A stretch of 64,000 bases of DNA from a virus. The DNA lies in the IMG/VR virus record IMGVR_UViG_3300044612_001159, positions 51,666-115,665 of that record; one strand, given 5' to 3'. Of this stretch, positions 15,635 to 25,885 are shown piece after piece (position 1 is the stretch's first letter; each line of letters begins with the position of its first letter). The notes below the pieces were generated by a model. That model had not been told where the DNA came from, searched no databases, and saw only the letters and a program-made list of their open reading frames with translations. The position numbers and the translations under genes were made by a program.

Positions 15635-17419
15635 TTATATTGTTTTTAGTCTATCCAAATAGTCTTTAATTTCTTCTATTTGACTAGGTTTATATTGTAT
15701 CACGTTCTCAGGGAGCGTGTCAACTTGGCGTGGCCTATCCCTAAAAGTGTGAACCTCTACTTCAGAGTCTATATTCTTAGGAGTGTGAGATATAGCACCA
15801 AAAATAGCACCACACACAGCATCGGCCAAATCTTTAGATTTTTTCCTGGGGTGATCAACTTTATCATTTTTCATAATTTTTAACTGGGTTAATTCTTCAA
15901 ACAATAATTCTATTGCTGGCATAACAAGTCTTTCTTCATATACCAACATAGCCATATCCTCATAATGTTTTTTAGCAACAGAAACAGTATCAGTTTTCAT
16001 TCCTACCTGATTTAACTCATTCTGAATATCAAATGACTGCCAACGGTCAAAAGAAACCATGCCAATATCAAACCCTATTCTTCTTAGGTTTTGGATCCAC
16101 TGCTTAACCTCAGATAAATTAACTGGACCCTCTACCTTTGGTTCCCACCAAGCAACGGCATCTACTACAACTATCGGAGCGACCTGTTCGTAATTATTGA
16201 TTACCTGTATGTTTACCCATTTTTCTACATGGGCAATTGCAACTGCACACTTGTCATGCTTTTGTGCAAGGTCAGCGTGTACATAATATTTTTTATTTGG
16301 ATCTGGCTTAAATGATTCATCAAACCTTTTAAAATCATCTATTGGGTTTCTAGTTGTCATGCAGGATCTTAACTTTTCTGCCTGCTTAAAAAATGCGTCA
16401 GAAGCAAATGTTGGAACACAAGCAAAGCGCATCATTGCATCTCCAAGGTCTGTCATAAATGCAATCTTAAAATCATCAATCTTTCTTGTAGGGTTTACTT
16501 CCCATGTAGGTCTTTTAAGTGCAAAAACTCCAGGGTATTTGTATGAAAGTATTTGATCTTCATCCCATGATATTTCAAACCTATTGTCTTTATCATCTTC
16601 TGGCAATAGCGGATTAATTATAAACTCATGCCTTTTTTCTACTACTTCTTTATCTGCAATAACAGAGTCGTACCTTTCGGAAATAAAGTCTCCTGGGTAT
16701 CTTGGGAACGAAAGCAAAACAACTTTGCCTAAGTCTGGAAAACGAGAGTCTACGGATCCACGGAATGCTTTGTATATGTTTTCTGCAGTCTTGCCTTGTT
16801 CATTTCCTGTGCCAACTTCAGATGCAAAGCCAGAAATCTCATCAAGAACAGCAAGCAAAAGATTCAGACCCTCATGCGATTCACGCTCTGAGTGTCCAGA
16901 GTAAACCGTAATTGACTTATCAAATTCAATTGAATCTGCTTTAGGATTATACTTGCCTGCAAACCAAGGAGACTTTTCAATCTTTGTTTTAAAACCTTTA
17001 AAGAAAACATTTTTTGCTTGTTGTGCGTTAATAGCAACATTGATTAGGTCTATGGCATCCCCAGTGGGTTTGCCGAAATATCTGGCTGGATCCTTAAGGC
17101 ATAGTAACTTATAAACGATGTAAGCACAAGCAACAGTAGAAGTAAAATCTTTACCGCTACCCTTTCCAAGTTGGAGGATAATTTCATTCTTAGTATATTT
17201 TTCATAGTATCTTGCACCTTCTTCATGCCCCATCAAATTTTCTAAATCTTCTTTACGATATATTTGGCTCATTGCCTCGACAATGTCATATTGAATATCC
17301 GATAGGCCTGGCTGACCAAGGTAATCTGGTGACTCAACAAATGTCTTTGCGTCGACTGGTGTCTCTTCAAAATGATTATCTTTAAGCGCTTCTAAGAAAT
17401 CATCAAACATCATGGACAA
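15635..17419 (-). CDS. terL: Terminase large subunit
   Basis: Walker A LGKGSGKD, Walker B VLDE, RNase H-like nuclease (HADLA, FDRWQ, KDLADA). Confidence 0.92.
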   Translation of the reverse strand: MSMMFDDFLEALKDNHFEETPVDAKTFVESPDYLGQPGLSDIQYDIVEAMSQIYRKEDLENLMGHEEGARYYEKYTKNEIILQLGKGSGKDFTSTVACAYIVYKLLCLKDPARYFGKPTGDAIDLINVAINAQQAKNVFFKGFKTKIEKSPWFAGKYNPKADSIEFDKSITVYSGHSERESHEGLNLLLAVLDEISGFASEVGTGNEQGKTAENIYKAFRGSVDSRFPDLGKVVLLSFPRYPGDFISERYDSVIADKEVVEKRHEFIINPLLPEDDKDNRFEISWDEDQILSYKYPGVFALKRPTWEVNPTRKIDDFKIAFMTDLGDAMMRFACVPTFASDAFFKQAEKLRSCMTTRNPIDDFKRFDESFKPDPNKKYYVHADLAQKHDKCAVAIAHVEKWVNIQVINNYEQVAPIVVVDAVAWWEPKVEGPVNLSEVKQWIQNLRRIGFDIGMVSFDRWQSFDIQNELNQVGMKTDTVSVAKKHYEDMAMLVYEERLVMPAIELLFEELTQLKIMKNDKVDHPRKKSKDLADAVCGAIFGAISHTPKNIDSEVEVHTFRDRPRQVDTLPENVIQYKPSQIEEIKDYLDRLKTI

Positions 17420-17936
17420 TTGTAATCACTTCATCTTTCTTGGCAATATCAGAAAGCCTACGCATAATTTCATCTCGTATCTGCGGATACTCAGACGCTA
17501 TGTCACGAAGAATTCCCATCAAAACTTCTTGCCGTCTTTCTATCTGAATCATCTCTTCCGCCAACTCCTTATTCTCAAGAAGTCCAGCCTTTTGTAGCAT
17601 ATCAATTCTTTTAGACTCAATGTCCATTACAAGTTTAATTGCAGCAGTCTTTGCACTAAGATTGTTTGTCATTGATGCTTCATCAATAACTTCGTATGTA
17701 CGAGACACCAGTTTACTATAGTGGGTGTCTGCTGCAGCAAGTGCCTCTTTAGCACGAGCACGAATAGCATCATTAGCAGATGCCATGACTTTCCACTCGT
17801 TGATAAGTGTTACTACTTTTTGTCTTGGTATAGCAAGTTGTTTTGAAATTGCAGTTGGGTCATTACCTTTTAAGTATTCTTCTACTACTTGATTAACCTG
17901 ATCAAGGTGCTTAACTAAATCATCTTCAGTTGACAC
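17403..17936 (-). CDS. Putative terminase small subunit (HTH plus helical)
   Basis: N-terminal HTH, directly upstream of terL. Confidence 0.6.
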   Translation of the reverse strand: MSTEDDLVKHLDQVNQVVEEYLKGNDPTAISKQLAIPRQKVVTLINEWKVMASANDAIRARAKEALAAADTHYSKLVSRTYEVIDEASMTNNLSAKTAAIKLVMDIESKRIDMLQKAGLLENKELAEEMIQIERRQEVLMGILRDIASEYPQIRDEIMRRLSDIAKKDEVITIVHDV

Positions 17937-18204
17937 CGTTTAACTCCCTTGCTATTTTTAGCAATATCAAGTATCCAATAAGGTCGTCTATATCATTGTC
18001 GCCAACATAAGATCCACCCCTAGTTATTCTAGATAACTTGTCATCAATACGAACATGCAACTGCTCTACACTATCAGAGGTAGCAAAAATTCTAACTGGA
18101 TTTAAAGCAGAGTCTCCATAGGACTTATTCTTAGCAATAAGCATTTCCTTAATTTCATCACAAACCTGAGCAATTGTAAACTGTGTCTCAGAACTCATCT
18201 TCAT
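17926..18204 (-). CDS. DUF1599-like nucleotide-modification-associated protein
   Basis: KNKSYGDS...RIDDKLSRI...DLIGY. Confidence 0.7.
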   Translation of the reverse strand: MKMSSETQFTIAQVCDEIKEMLIAKNKSYGDSALNPVRIFATSDSVEQLHVRIDDKLSRITRGGSYVGDNDIDDLIGYLILLKIARELNGVN

Positions 18205-18325
18205 CCTCTTCTTCCCACGATGCTTCCCAATCTTCCATACTCTTAGATAGCCTAATTAATGTTATTCCCGCTAAAGCAGAAAAAACTCCAATAAATACAA
18301 CAATAGGTAGCAATATTTTTTTCAT
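18188..18325 (-). CDS. Small membrane protein (45 aa)
   Basis: Read by hand: MKKILLPIVVFIGVFSALAGITLI...EEEDEDEF. Confidence 0.6.
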   Translation of the reverse strand: MKKILLPIVVFIGVFSALAGITLIRLSKSMEDWEASWEEEDEDEF

Positions 18326-18477
18326 CGTCTCGACTTCCTTAATTTAAATTTAGCAAGATATACATAGATTGTCTCCACGCTAACCCCACATTCTTTTGCT
18401 ATTTCTTCTGGAGTCTTTTTATCCATAAGATACCTCTTACGCATATAAGTCTCGCTTGTATATAGTTTAGCAGCCAT
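18322..18477 (-). CDS. Small helix-turn-helix DNA-binding protein (51 aa)
   Basis: Read by hand: MAAKLY...KTPEEIAKECGVSVETIYVYL. Confidence 0.75.
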   Translation of the reverse strand: MAAKLYTSETYMRKRYLMDKKTPEEIAKECGVSVETIYVYLAKFKLRKSRR

Positions 18478-18481
18478 GATG

Positions 18482-19072
18482 TTATTTGTCAACCCCCAAA
18501 GCCTTACCCCAATTATTTATTGCCCAATGACCTATACCGCAGGCATCTGCAGCATCATTATCTTCAATATTTCTATCATATATAGTGTTAATAAATCTAA
18601 TTGTTCTTTCTTTTCTTAAATTACGCTCATATGTTTTGTACCAAGACTCAGACTTGCCTGGGTTTTGTGACCTAATATATAGTTGTTCATCTTTAGAAAT
18701 TTTTTTGTTTCCTATATAATTTTGCCATGTAATAGGAGCAACCTTACCTATGGTTTGGATGCCAGACTGTCCAGCAGCACCAAGAAGAGCACCCTGAACT
18801 AAGGCCAAGTCTGCAGCAGTTTTAGGGCTGTTCATGAATACCGTATGCTCAATAACAATTGCATCAACATTTATAATATGGTCAAACAATGCCTTTGATT
18901 TTTTTCCAGCATCAATAACTTTTTCGTATATGTCTTTACCCTCAAAAGTTATTTTTCCAACTTCTTTTAACTGATCATTATGAAATGTAGCATATGCAAG
19001 ACTATTAGTGCTGGCATCAATAGCGCAAATTCTTTCTGGCTTAACTTCGATGCCCCATTTATTTTTTACCAT
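18482..19072 (-). CDS. RuvC-like Holliday junction resolvase
   Basis: CAIDAS, IVIE, DAADA acidic residues. Confidence 0.8.
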   Translation of the reverse strand: MVKNKWGIEVKPERICAIDASTNSLAYATFHNDQLKEVGKITFEGKDIYEKVIDAGKKSKALFDHIINVDAIVIEHTVFMNSPKTAADLALVQGALLGAAGQSGIQTIGKVAPITWQNYIGNKKISKDEQLYIRSQNPGKSESWYKTYERNLRKERTIRFINTIYDRNIEDNDAADACGIGHWAINNWGKALGVDK

Positions 19073-19343
19073 TAGTCCTATCCTTAATCTTTTTTAGTGC
19101 TTTAGCAACTGCATCTGGGTTGACAGAGCATGTATTACAAATTTGGTGGTCATTGTATATTGATAATGGCATTGAACAAGATTTGCAAGGCCTTATCTTT
19201 CCTTTTCTTTTTGCTCTTTTTGATTGCAAATACCTTGCAGCAATTTTTTCTTTTGTTGCAAGGTCTCTGCATTCTACTGAACAATATATCTGATACGATA
19301 CTGATTGATCAAATTGTTTATCGCAAAAGTTACAATGTCTCAC
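19059..19343 (-). CDS. Zn-finger hypothetical protein
   Basis: CxxC, YCSxxC, CxxC, CxxC. Confidence 0.75.
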   Translation of the reverse strand: MRHCNFCDKQFDQSVSYQIYCSVECRDLATKEKIAARYLQSKRAKRKGKIRPCKSCSMPLSIYNDHQICNTCSVNPDAVAKALKKIKDRTNGKK

Positions 19344-20145
19344 CGAGAATCTCCAGGGGCGTTATTTTAATTACGCCTGTCCCTGCAGACTCGCATGCCT
19401 TTTTGATTGGGCATGACTTGCATATCTTGGAATTAGATCTATAGTTCTTGACTGGTAAAGTTTTATCTTCCCATGCCTTTCGAACTGTCCTCATCCAATC
19501 AAATGCCTGGTCTACCCACCGACGGTAATGATCGTTTACTTCTACGGGAATCAAAAGAAGTTCATGATTGTTTTTATTTTCATAAATCATAACACCCTTT
19601 GGCCGTTTTAAAATCTTCATATATATAAGTAGTTGCATAAGGTGTCCATTCTTGGCTTTACCAGATGCCTTTCTATATTCAAAACCCTCATTCATCATTG
19701 TTTTAATTTCACCAATGAGTTCTTCACCTTGCCAATCAAGCATAACATCTCCGTATCCAAAGATAGGAGGATCGCTGTGGGTGATCTTAAACTCTGTTGT
19801 AGTCTCATTGTCATCATTGCGATATATTTTTGCTACCCCTGAATTCATCATTGCTGCCTGAATTCTGGCGTGTGATAGTGTTCCAGCAGTCATATTTGCT
19901 GCTGCATATGCATCTGCATTATCTTCAAACATTTGACCATCAAAAGCAAGATACCAATATCTCGCACACTCTCCGTGCCCATATGCAATGGTTGAAGGGG
20001 CAAAAGTCTTTTTGACAGTGTGCTTATCTACACGATTAATCGTATATCCTTCTTTAATCTTTGCTTCTAGGGCAGCAATATCCATAGAGTGAACTGGCTT
20101 TTCTTCTTGTTTTATCATAACTGTATGTAGTAAATTTTTTGTCAT
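19330..20145 (-). CDS. Cas4-like PD-(D/E)XK exonuclease
   Basis: CARY, GD..EIKT, QLLIY, C-terminal CxxCxxxxxC. Confidence 0.85.
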   Translation of the reverse strand: MTKNLLHTVMIKQEEKPVHSMDIAALEAKIKEGYTINRVDKHTVKKTFAPSTIAYGHGECARYWYLAFDGQMFEDNADAYAAANMTAGTLSHARIQAAMMNSGVAKIYRNDDNETTTEFKITHSDPPIFGYGDVMLDWQGEELIGEIKTMMNEGFEYRKASGKAKNGHLMQLLIYMKILKRPKGVMIYENKNNHELLLIPVEVNDHYRRWVDQAFDWMRTVRKAWEDKTLPVKNYRSNSKICKSCPIKKACESAGTGVIKITPLEILGETL

Positions 20146-20179
20146 TTTAACTCGTTTCTGTTAGTATAAGTATAGCAGA

Positions 20180-20485
20180 TTATCGGATTATGTACTTTAA
20201 AGCAGAAACAAGATTGTTGATTGACTCTGCTGCAGTGTAATAAAGATTCTTTTTACCTCTATCAGACTTGTCTACATTTGCCATCCAAGTGGCCTTGAGA
20301 GACATTTTTGCTGCAATTGCCTGTAGCCTAACTATCTCTACCGTCGCTACATTAAGTGGTATGTCTGGCTTTATAATAATCTTAGCAATGAAAGTAAGAG
20401 CCGTTGTCAACTCCTGATCATCCATATAGTCTGCAATCTCTGCCAAACCATTTACCATATCTATTGTTGTTTGTTGTTGCTCCAT
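20180..20485 (-). CDS. Hypothetical helical protein
   Basis: ORF in recombination module. Confidence 0.7.
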   Translation of the reverse strand: MEQQQTTIDMVNGLAEIADYMDDQELTTALTFIAKIIIKPDIPLNVATVEIVRLQAIAAKMSLKATWMANVDKSDRGKKNLYYTAAESINNLVSALKYIIR

Positions 20486-20766
20486 TATTCCTCCGTTAGT
20501 TGTTCTAAAATACTCATCTCAATTATAGCAAGCCTGACCTTGGCGTTACCCTCGCCAATAACCACAACTATGGCTGGGTCTTTTCCATTCTTTATAGCAT
20601 CAGTGGTAGCCTTTGCCCACACCTCTTTATTTAATGTAAAAGATTTTCCAACCTCTTTAAAATCTACAACAAAATTTTTCCAGGAAGCGTCACCTTTTTT
20701 AGTATTGCGACCAGAGTTTTTGTGCTGCTTGGCACCTATTCTTTTACTTTCACTCTTCTCGCTCAT
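20485..20766 (-). CDS. PD-(D/E)XK resolvase-like nuclease
   Basis: MSE...NSG..KGD...VDFK; probable start ATG 20766. Confidence 0.65.
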   Translation of the reverse strand: MSEKSESKRIGAKQHKNSGRNTKKGDASWKNFVVDFKEVGKSFTLNKEVWAKATTDAIKNGKDPAIVVVIGEGNAKVRLAIIEMSILEQLTEE

Positions 20767-20935
20767 TGACCTTCCTTTTCTTATAACCAACCTTAAACAA
20801 CTGAACTTCAGACAAGTGTTTATCAGAACACATCCAAGACGCCATACCAGTTGCAAGATATACTCTAATAGTTTTTACTTCTTTTTTACAAACCTTACAA
20901 GGAAACTTTCCTTCGTAAACGCTATACTTGTCCAC
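20750..20935 (-). CDS. Small Zn-ribbon protein
   Basis: CxxC...CxxxH. Confidence 0.65.
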   Translation of the reverse strand: MDKYSVYEGKFPCKVCKKEVKTIRVYLATGMASWMCSDKHLSEVQLFKVGYKKRKVNEREE

Positions 20936-21944
20936 TAATTTTATTCTTAATCATATCTTGTAGATCAAGATCCTCTCTTACCCTATTAATAAATCCTTCT
21001 CTTCCCTGAATCTTAGTTCCGTCTGGAAGAATATACCATGCTCCTGTACGCTCTACAAAACCCATAGACTCTGCTGTGTCAACAAGATCAGCAATTGCAT
21101 CTACTCCTAATACGTCTCCTCTAAAATAGAAATCGTATTCTCCTGATTGAAATCCTGGAGAGGTTTTAGAAAATTGAAGTTCCCATCTAATTTTTCTTCC
21201 AATCTTTTCTTCTATCAACTTATCTCCGACTTTAATCTTTCCCTTAAGTGCTTGATTGTCCGACTCTGAAGAAAATAGTTTAATAACACATGAGGAATAA
21301 AACTTAGTAGCCTGACCACCAGAAGGCTGCTGGCTAGTATACATAGCATTGATATTGTTACGAGACTGAGAAATAAGAACAAGCAAAGTTGGCTTAACTT
21401 TGTTGTTTGCATAATTAAGCATTTTCCATGCGTTACTAAAGTCACGAGACTCTGCTCCAATCTGCTTTGTATTTTCCAAAGCCTTCATCTCATCAGTGTC
21501 CTTTTCAAAATAAATTGCAGGAAGCATTGATGTAATAGAGTCTACCACAATTAAATCAACCCCAGCATTCATTAAAGCCACACCCACATCTACCATATCG
21601 CTGATAGTTCTTGCTTGTGAGTAGATCAATTTTTCTGGATCTACCCCCATTTTACGAGCCCAGTCTTCAGAATAAGACATCTCTGAATCAATCCAAGCAC
21701 ACAACTTTCCTTCTGATTGTGCAAGGGCAATCATTTGCAAACACATGGAAGACTTTGCAGAAGACTTACTTCCCCAAATCAAAACCTGTCTGCCATATGG
21801 CAAGCCTCCACCCAGGGCTTTGTTCAGTCCAAAACTAGGGGTGGGCTGATACTCAAAATTTACACCAATACCACTGCCAAGTTTCTTTCTTAACTTTGGG
21901 TCTAACTGTGCTAATGCTTCTTCGATACTAACTGACATGTACAT
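20922..21944 (-). CDS. recA: RecA/UvsX-like recombinase
   Basis: LGGGLPYGR, GSKSSAKS, WIDSE, VVDS, SQSR, GG.A.KFY. Confidence 0.93.
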   Translation of the reverse strand: MYMSVSIEEALAQLDPKLRKKLGSGIGVNFEYQPTPSFGLNKALGGGLPYGRQVLIWGSKSSAKSSMCLQMIALAQSEGKLCAWIDSEMSYSEDWARKMGVDPEKLIYSQARTISDMVDVGVALMNAGVDLIVVDSITSMLPAIYFEKDTDEMKALENTKQIGAESRDFSNAWKMLNYANNKVKPTLLVLISQSRNNINAMYTSQQPSGGQATKFYSSCVIKLFSSESDNQALKGKIKVGDKLIEEKIGRKIRWELQFSKTSPGFQSGEYDFYFRGDVLGVDAIADLVDTAESMGFVERTGAWYILPDGTKIQGREGFINRVREDLDLQDMIKNKISGQV

Positions 21945-24900
21945 CCTCCAATGTTACGGTTCCGTCTTTAGTCTTGCCAAAATCAAACTTATAATACTTT
22001 CCTTCTTCAATATGCATATATGCTTTTGCAAATGATGTTGGAAATACTGTTATTGAGTGCAGGTCTCTTTTTGTATCTGCTAAAGTCAATGATGCCATTT
22101 TCTTGCCTGCTTTGGTAACTCTAGGCTTAAAAGAAACAACAAACATTTCATCATCTTTGTATGGCAACTGTTTATATCCTAAAAATTTAACCAGCGCATG
22201 GGACGAACTTTTTATTTCATCAGACGGTATGAAAGATACAATCCTGTTATCGTTACAAAGGACCAAATAAGAACGACCCGTCTCAATAGCGGTATTTTCA
22301 TCATCAAATATACCGACAGACCCAGTCTTATCCAAAATTTCAACTCGTGACCATCCTGTTCCCCTCTTAATAGATTTTACCATACCCATGAATATATAGG
22401 AACCCTTTTCTTCAAAATCAACAATGTCCTGAATAAAAGCGTAGTAATGAGAAGGTATAGTAATGTTAAACTCTGGAAGATTTAAATATTCATATAAGTT
22501 TTCTTTAATCTCTTGATCATTTCTAGGATTATCTGGAAATGTTGCTGCACCAATTACACGAAGTGCCTGAAGTGCACGAGAGTTTACTCCATTGCCCTTT
22601 GTGAATGTAAACTCTTCAAGTTCTTTGTAAGACTTAAAAGGTCGTGCCGATATATATCGTTCTGCAATCTTATCAGAGATAAACTTGATTGCCGAGAGTC
22701 CAAACCGAATACCCTTACCCTCAATTTTAAAATCAATATCCGAATCATTAATGTGAGGTAGTTTAATGCTAATCCCCATTCTTTTCGCTTCAATAAGATA
22801 TTCAGTTCGTGCATCTTTATCCTTTTCATTCTTTAGAAGTGCAAACATAAACTCTAGTGGATAATAATACTTTAGCCATGCTGTCCAATATGATAGCGTT
22901 GAGTACGCTACTGCATGGGACTTATTAAATGAATACCCTGCGTGAGCCTCAAAGTCATGCCATAGATCACGAGCAAGGTTTGGGCTAATAAAACGAGAAG
23001 CACCCTCTATAAACTTATCCTTAAATATGTCAAACTCTTTAGCATCTTTTTTCTTTCCAATGATCTTACGAACCTTGTCAGCCTCAGACATAGACATACC
23101 GCCAAGATGTACGCAAGCCTGCATAACCTGCTCTTGGTAAAGAATACAACCATAGGTTTCCTCTGTAAATTCTTTCACAACTTGATGAATATAGGATATA
23201 TTCTGACGACCATGTTTACGATCAACATAATCTTTTCCAATTGTATTCATTGCGCCTGGACGAACAAGAGCATTTGAAGCAGCAAGTTCTGCTAGATTTT
23301 TTACACCCATCTTAATTAGTAGGTTTGTGTATGGTGCTGCTTCACACTGGAACACGCCCTTTGTATATCCATCTGACAGCATTTGATAAACATTTTTATC
23401 ATTCATATCTATTTTAAGAAGGTCAATCTTTTTACCGTCACGCTCTTTAATTATGTTAATGGTGTCTTTTAGAACAGACAAAGTCTTTAGTCCTAATGCA
23501 TCTATTTTAATAAGGCCAACCTTTTCAGCCTCTTCCATATCAATACCGACCACTGGTATGCGATCATCAGATCCAGGAGAAGAACGAGTTTCCAACGGCG
23601 CATACCTAAAAATTGGATCCTTACTAGTAACCACACCAGCAGCATGAATACCAGTTCCCCTAATACGGCCACGAAGTTGTTCACCATATTCTTCTACCTC
23701 TGGATATTTTTCACGAAACTCTAATGTTGATTTTGATGTACAGTAATCATCCCACGAATCTACTGTCTTTAGAACCTTGTTTACATCTGACAAAGGAATG
23801 TTTAGAACTCTGGCAACGTCTCTAACAATTCCTTTACCAGTAAACTGAAGGAATGTTGCAATAGATGCTACATGTCGGTACTGTCTTACAAGATAGTCTT
23901 TAACCTCTTCACGCCTAGTGTCCTGAATATCTGTGTCAATATCTGGAAAGTCATTACGGTCTGGGTTAATAAATCGGAAGAACAATAGGTTGTGCTGAAT
24001 TGGATCTATATCTGTAATTCCAAGGGCATAGCAAACTAAGGACCCAGCAGATGACCCACGACCAGGTCCAACTAGAATCTCTTCCTTCTTTGCCCAGTTA
24101 ATCATGTTGCTAACAACCAAGAAGTACGGAGCAAACTTTTTATCCTTGATAATTTCTAACTCTTCGTTAAGCCTGTCTATATACTGCTTGCTTTCAGACA
24201 ACCCTCTTGCTGTCAAACCTTCCAAAGCAATCTTTGCAAGTTCCTTATCTGGACTCTTGTACTGAACTGGCAGCAAGTTTAAGCCTTCTTGAATTTCATA
24301 GTCTTCTACAGTGTCTGCAAGCGATAATGTGTTTGTGTATATATCTTCTCTATCAATACCCTGGGATTTCATGGCTGCCTTCATCTCTTCATAAGAAAGC
24401 AAATGAATATCAAACTTATTAAATGTTATCTCTCTATCTTTACCATAAAGCAAGTCTAGCCTGTCCATCATATTAGAACACTTTGCCGACTTAGCATAAG
24501 AAACATCTTTAGAGAGTTTGGCATGGGTATTCATAATTAGTTTAAATTCTTGAATTTCTTTTTGCCCTGGATGAGAATGGTGGCAGTCTGGAGTAACAAT
24601 AGCCTTAATGTTAAACTCATCTGCTAAATCCAAAAGGTATTTATTTATGTGGGCTTCGTTGTGTGGCATAACCTCAATATAATAATCACTGCCGAAGTTA
24701 TCTTTAAACCAACTAATATACTTCTTAGCGAGTGCAAATTCTTCTTCTTCTAAAGCCTTTACCAGCACACTGCTTGGGCATGCAGAAGAAACAATAATTC
24801 CTTCTTTATATTTTTCTAATATCTTAAAATCAAACCTAGGCTTTTTAAAGAAGCCATCAGTCCATGCTATTTCGCTTATCTTATTTAGATTTTCTAAACC

Positions 24901-25203
24901 AATTTTATTCTTGGCTAGAAGGATAATGTGATTATAGACAAGATCTTGTTGACCTTCTCTTTCATTCTTATCACGCTTATCGGATATATCAGAACACATA
25001 TATCCTTCTAGCCCAAGAATAGGCTTAATGCCCTTTGCTTTTGCAACTCGGTACAGTTCCCGATGCCCAGACAATGTTCCGTGATCTGTGATAGCCAATG
25101 CTGGCATACCAAGTTCAACTGCTCGGTCTACTAATTCTTCTGGAGTAGCAATCCCGTCAAAAAGACTAAAGTGGGTATGGACATGTAAGCCTACGTAGTT
25201 CAT
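21928..25203 (-). CDS. dnaE: DNA polymerase III alpha subunit
   Basis: PHP domain HVHT..S.FDG, AITDHG; GRGSSAGS; PDIDTD; YSFNKSH. Confidence 0.97.
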   Translation of the reverse strand: MNYVGLHVHTHFSLFDGIATPEELVDRAVELGMPALAITDHGTLSGHRELYRVAKAKGIKPILGLEGYMCSDISDKRDKNEREGQQDLVYNHIILLAKNKIGLENLNKISEIAWTDGFFKKPRFDFKILEKYKEGIIVSSACPSSVLVKALEEEEFALAKKYISWFKDNFGSDYYIEVMPHNEAHINKYLLDLADEFNIKAIVTPDCHHSHPGQKEIQEFKLIMNTHAKLSKDVSYAKSAKCSNMMDRLDLLYGKDREITFNKFDIHLLSYEEMKAAMKSQGIDREDIYTNTLSLADTVEDYEIQEGLNLLPVQYKSPDKELAKIALEGLTARGLSESKQYIDRLNEELEIIKDKKFAPYFLVVSNMINWAKKEEILVGPGRGSSAGSLVCYALGITDIDPIQHNLLFFRFINPDRNDFPDIDTDIQDTRREEVKDYLVRQYRHVASIATFLQFTGKGIVRDVARVLNIPLSDVNKVLKTVDSWDDYCTSKSTLEFREKYPEVEEYGEQLRGRIRGTGIHAAGVVTSKDPIFRYAPLETRSSPGSDDRIPVVGIDMEEAEKVGLIKIDALGLKTLSVLKDTINIIKERDGKKIDLLKIDMNDKNVYQMLSDGYTKGVFQCEAAPYTNLLIKMGVKNLAELAASNALVRPGAMNTIGKDYVDRKHGRQNISYIHQVVKEFTEETYGCILYQEQVMQACVHLGGMSMSEADKVRKIIGKKKDAKEFDIFKDKFIEGASRFISPNLARDLWHDFEAHAGYSFNKSHAVAYSTLSYWTAWLKYYYPLEFMFALLKNEKDKDARTEYLIEAKRMGISIKLPHINDSDIDFKIEGKGIRFGLSAIKFISDKIAERYISARPFKSYKELEEFTFTKGNGVNSRALQALRVIGAATFPDNPRNDQEIKENLYEYLNLPEFNITIPSHYYAFIQDIVDFEEKGSYIFMGMVKSIKRGTGWSRVEILDKTGSVGIFDDENTAIETGRSYLVLCNDNRIVSFIPSDEIKSSSHALVKFLGYKQLPYKDDEMFVVSFKPRVTKAGKKMASLTLADTKRDLHSITVFPTSFAKAYMHIEEGKYYKFDFGKTKDGTVTLEDVHVS

Positions 25204-25204
25204 C

Positions 25205-25861
25205 TTACCAATCAGTGTTGGTAGACGAAGTTACTGACGGACCATCAAAGCCCAAGTAGAACGCTTCTTGTTCTGCGTAAGGAACCTTCTTAAGTGCTGA
25301 CTCCAAAGGATATGGCTCGATACCCTTCCAGTCAAATGGTTCCTTGTCTGGTGCTGATGGAATAAGTGTATAGTTTGTTTCAGTTCCCTGGCCGTTACGC
25401 TTCAACTTCCAAACTACATTTGAGATGCTTCCTGTTTCTAGGGCATACTCACGAATTGTATTAAATGATGATTGCTTGCTGATACCCATTGACCAGATAG
25501 CAACATACGGTGCCTCAATGCCGTCGTCGACTAGGACATTGCAATAAAAGCGAAGACGGCCACGCCATCCAGCCTTTGGATCTTTACGGTGCATTTCTTC
25601 AGCCCAGTCACGGCCTTCTGATTCCATAGTATCTACAGCACGACGCTTATAGTCTTTTGGATTAACATGTTCTTTGACAACAAGAGCAAGTCCACGGCTA
25701 TCGTTATAGTTAGCAGAGTCCTCATCTAGTTCTTCAATGAAACGGATTTTTACTGACTGACCATCAGCAAGTTTTAGCCACTTGATCTTTGGTCCGTCGT
25801 TTTCATATTTTGGCTTATCGAGCAGGGCATTGATATTTTTTAGTCCCTTAATAACGCTCAT
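25205..25861 (-). CDS. Single-stranded DNA-binding protein (gp32-like)
   Basis: KLADGQSVKIRF, KRNGQGTETNY; position in replication module. Confidence 0.7.
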   Translation of the reverse strand: MSVIKGLKNINALLDKPKYENDGPKIKWLKLADGQSVKIRFIEELDEDSANYNDSRGLALVVKEHVNPKDYKRRAVDTMESEGRDWAEEMHRKDPKAGWRGRLRFYCNVLVDDGIEAPYVAIWSMGISKQSSFNTIREYALETGSISNVVWKLKRNGQGTETNYTLIPSAPDKEPFDWKGIEPYPLESALKKVPYAEQEAFYLGFDGPSVTSSTNTDW

Positions 25862-25885
25862 AGTTTTCTCCTTTGTGTGTTTGTA

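Noticed and set aside
12867-15669. Long + strand ORFs antisense to the surface protein genes (also within TMP and 52680-53336)
   Set aside because: Shadow ORFs caused by codon bias of Ala/Glu/Pro-rich genes; no SD or recognisable motifs
19330-20145. Cas4-like gene as evidence of a CRISPR system
   Set aside because: No repeats/spacers or other cas genes; solo Cas4-like nucleases are common in phage recombination modules
21928-25203. Inteins or introns in DnaE, DnaB, RecA, terminase or RNR
   Set aside because: Lengths are normal and no intein splice motifs or interruptions were seen
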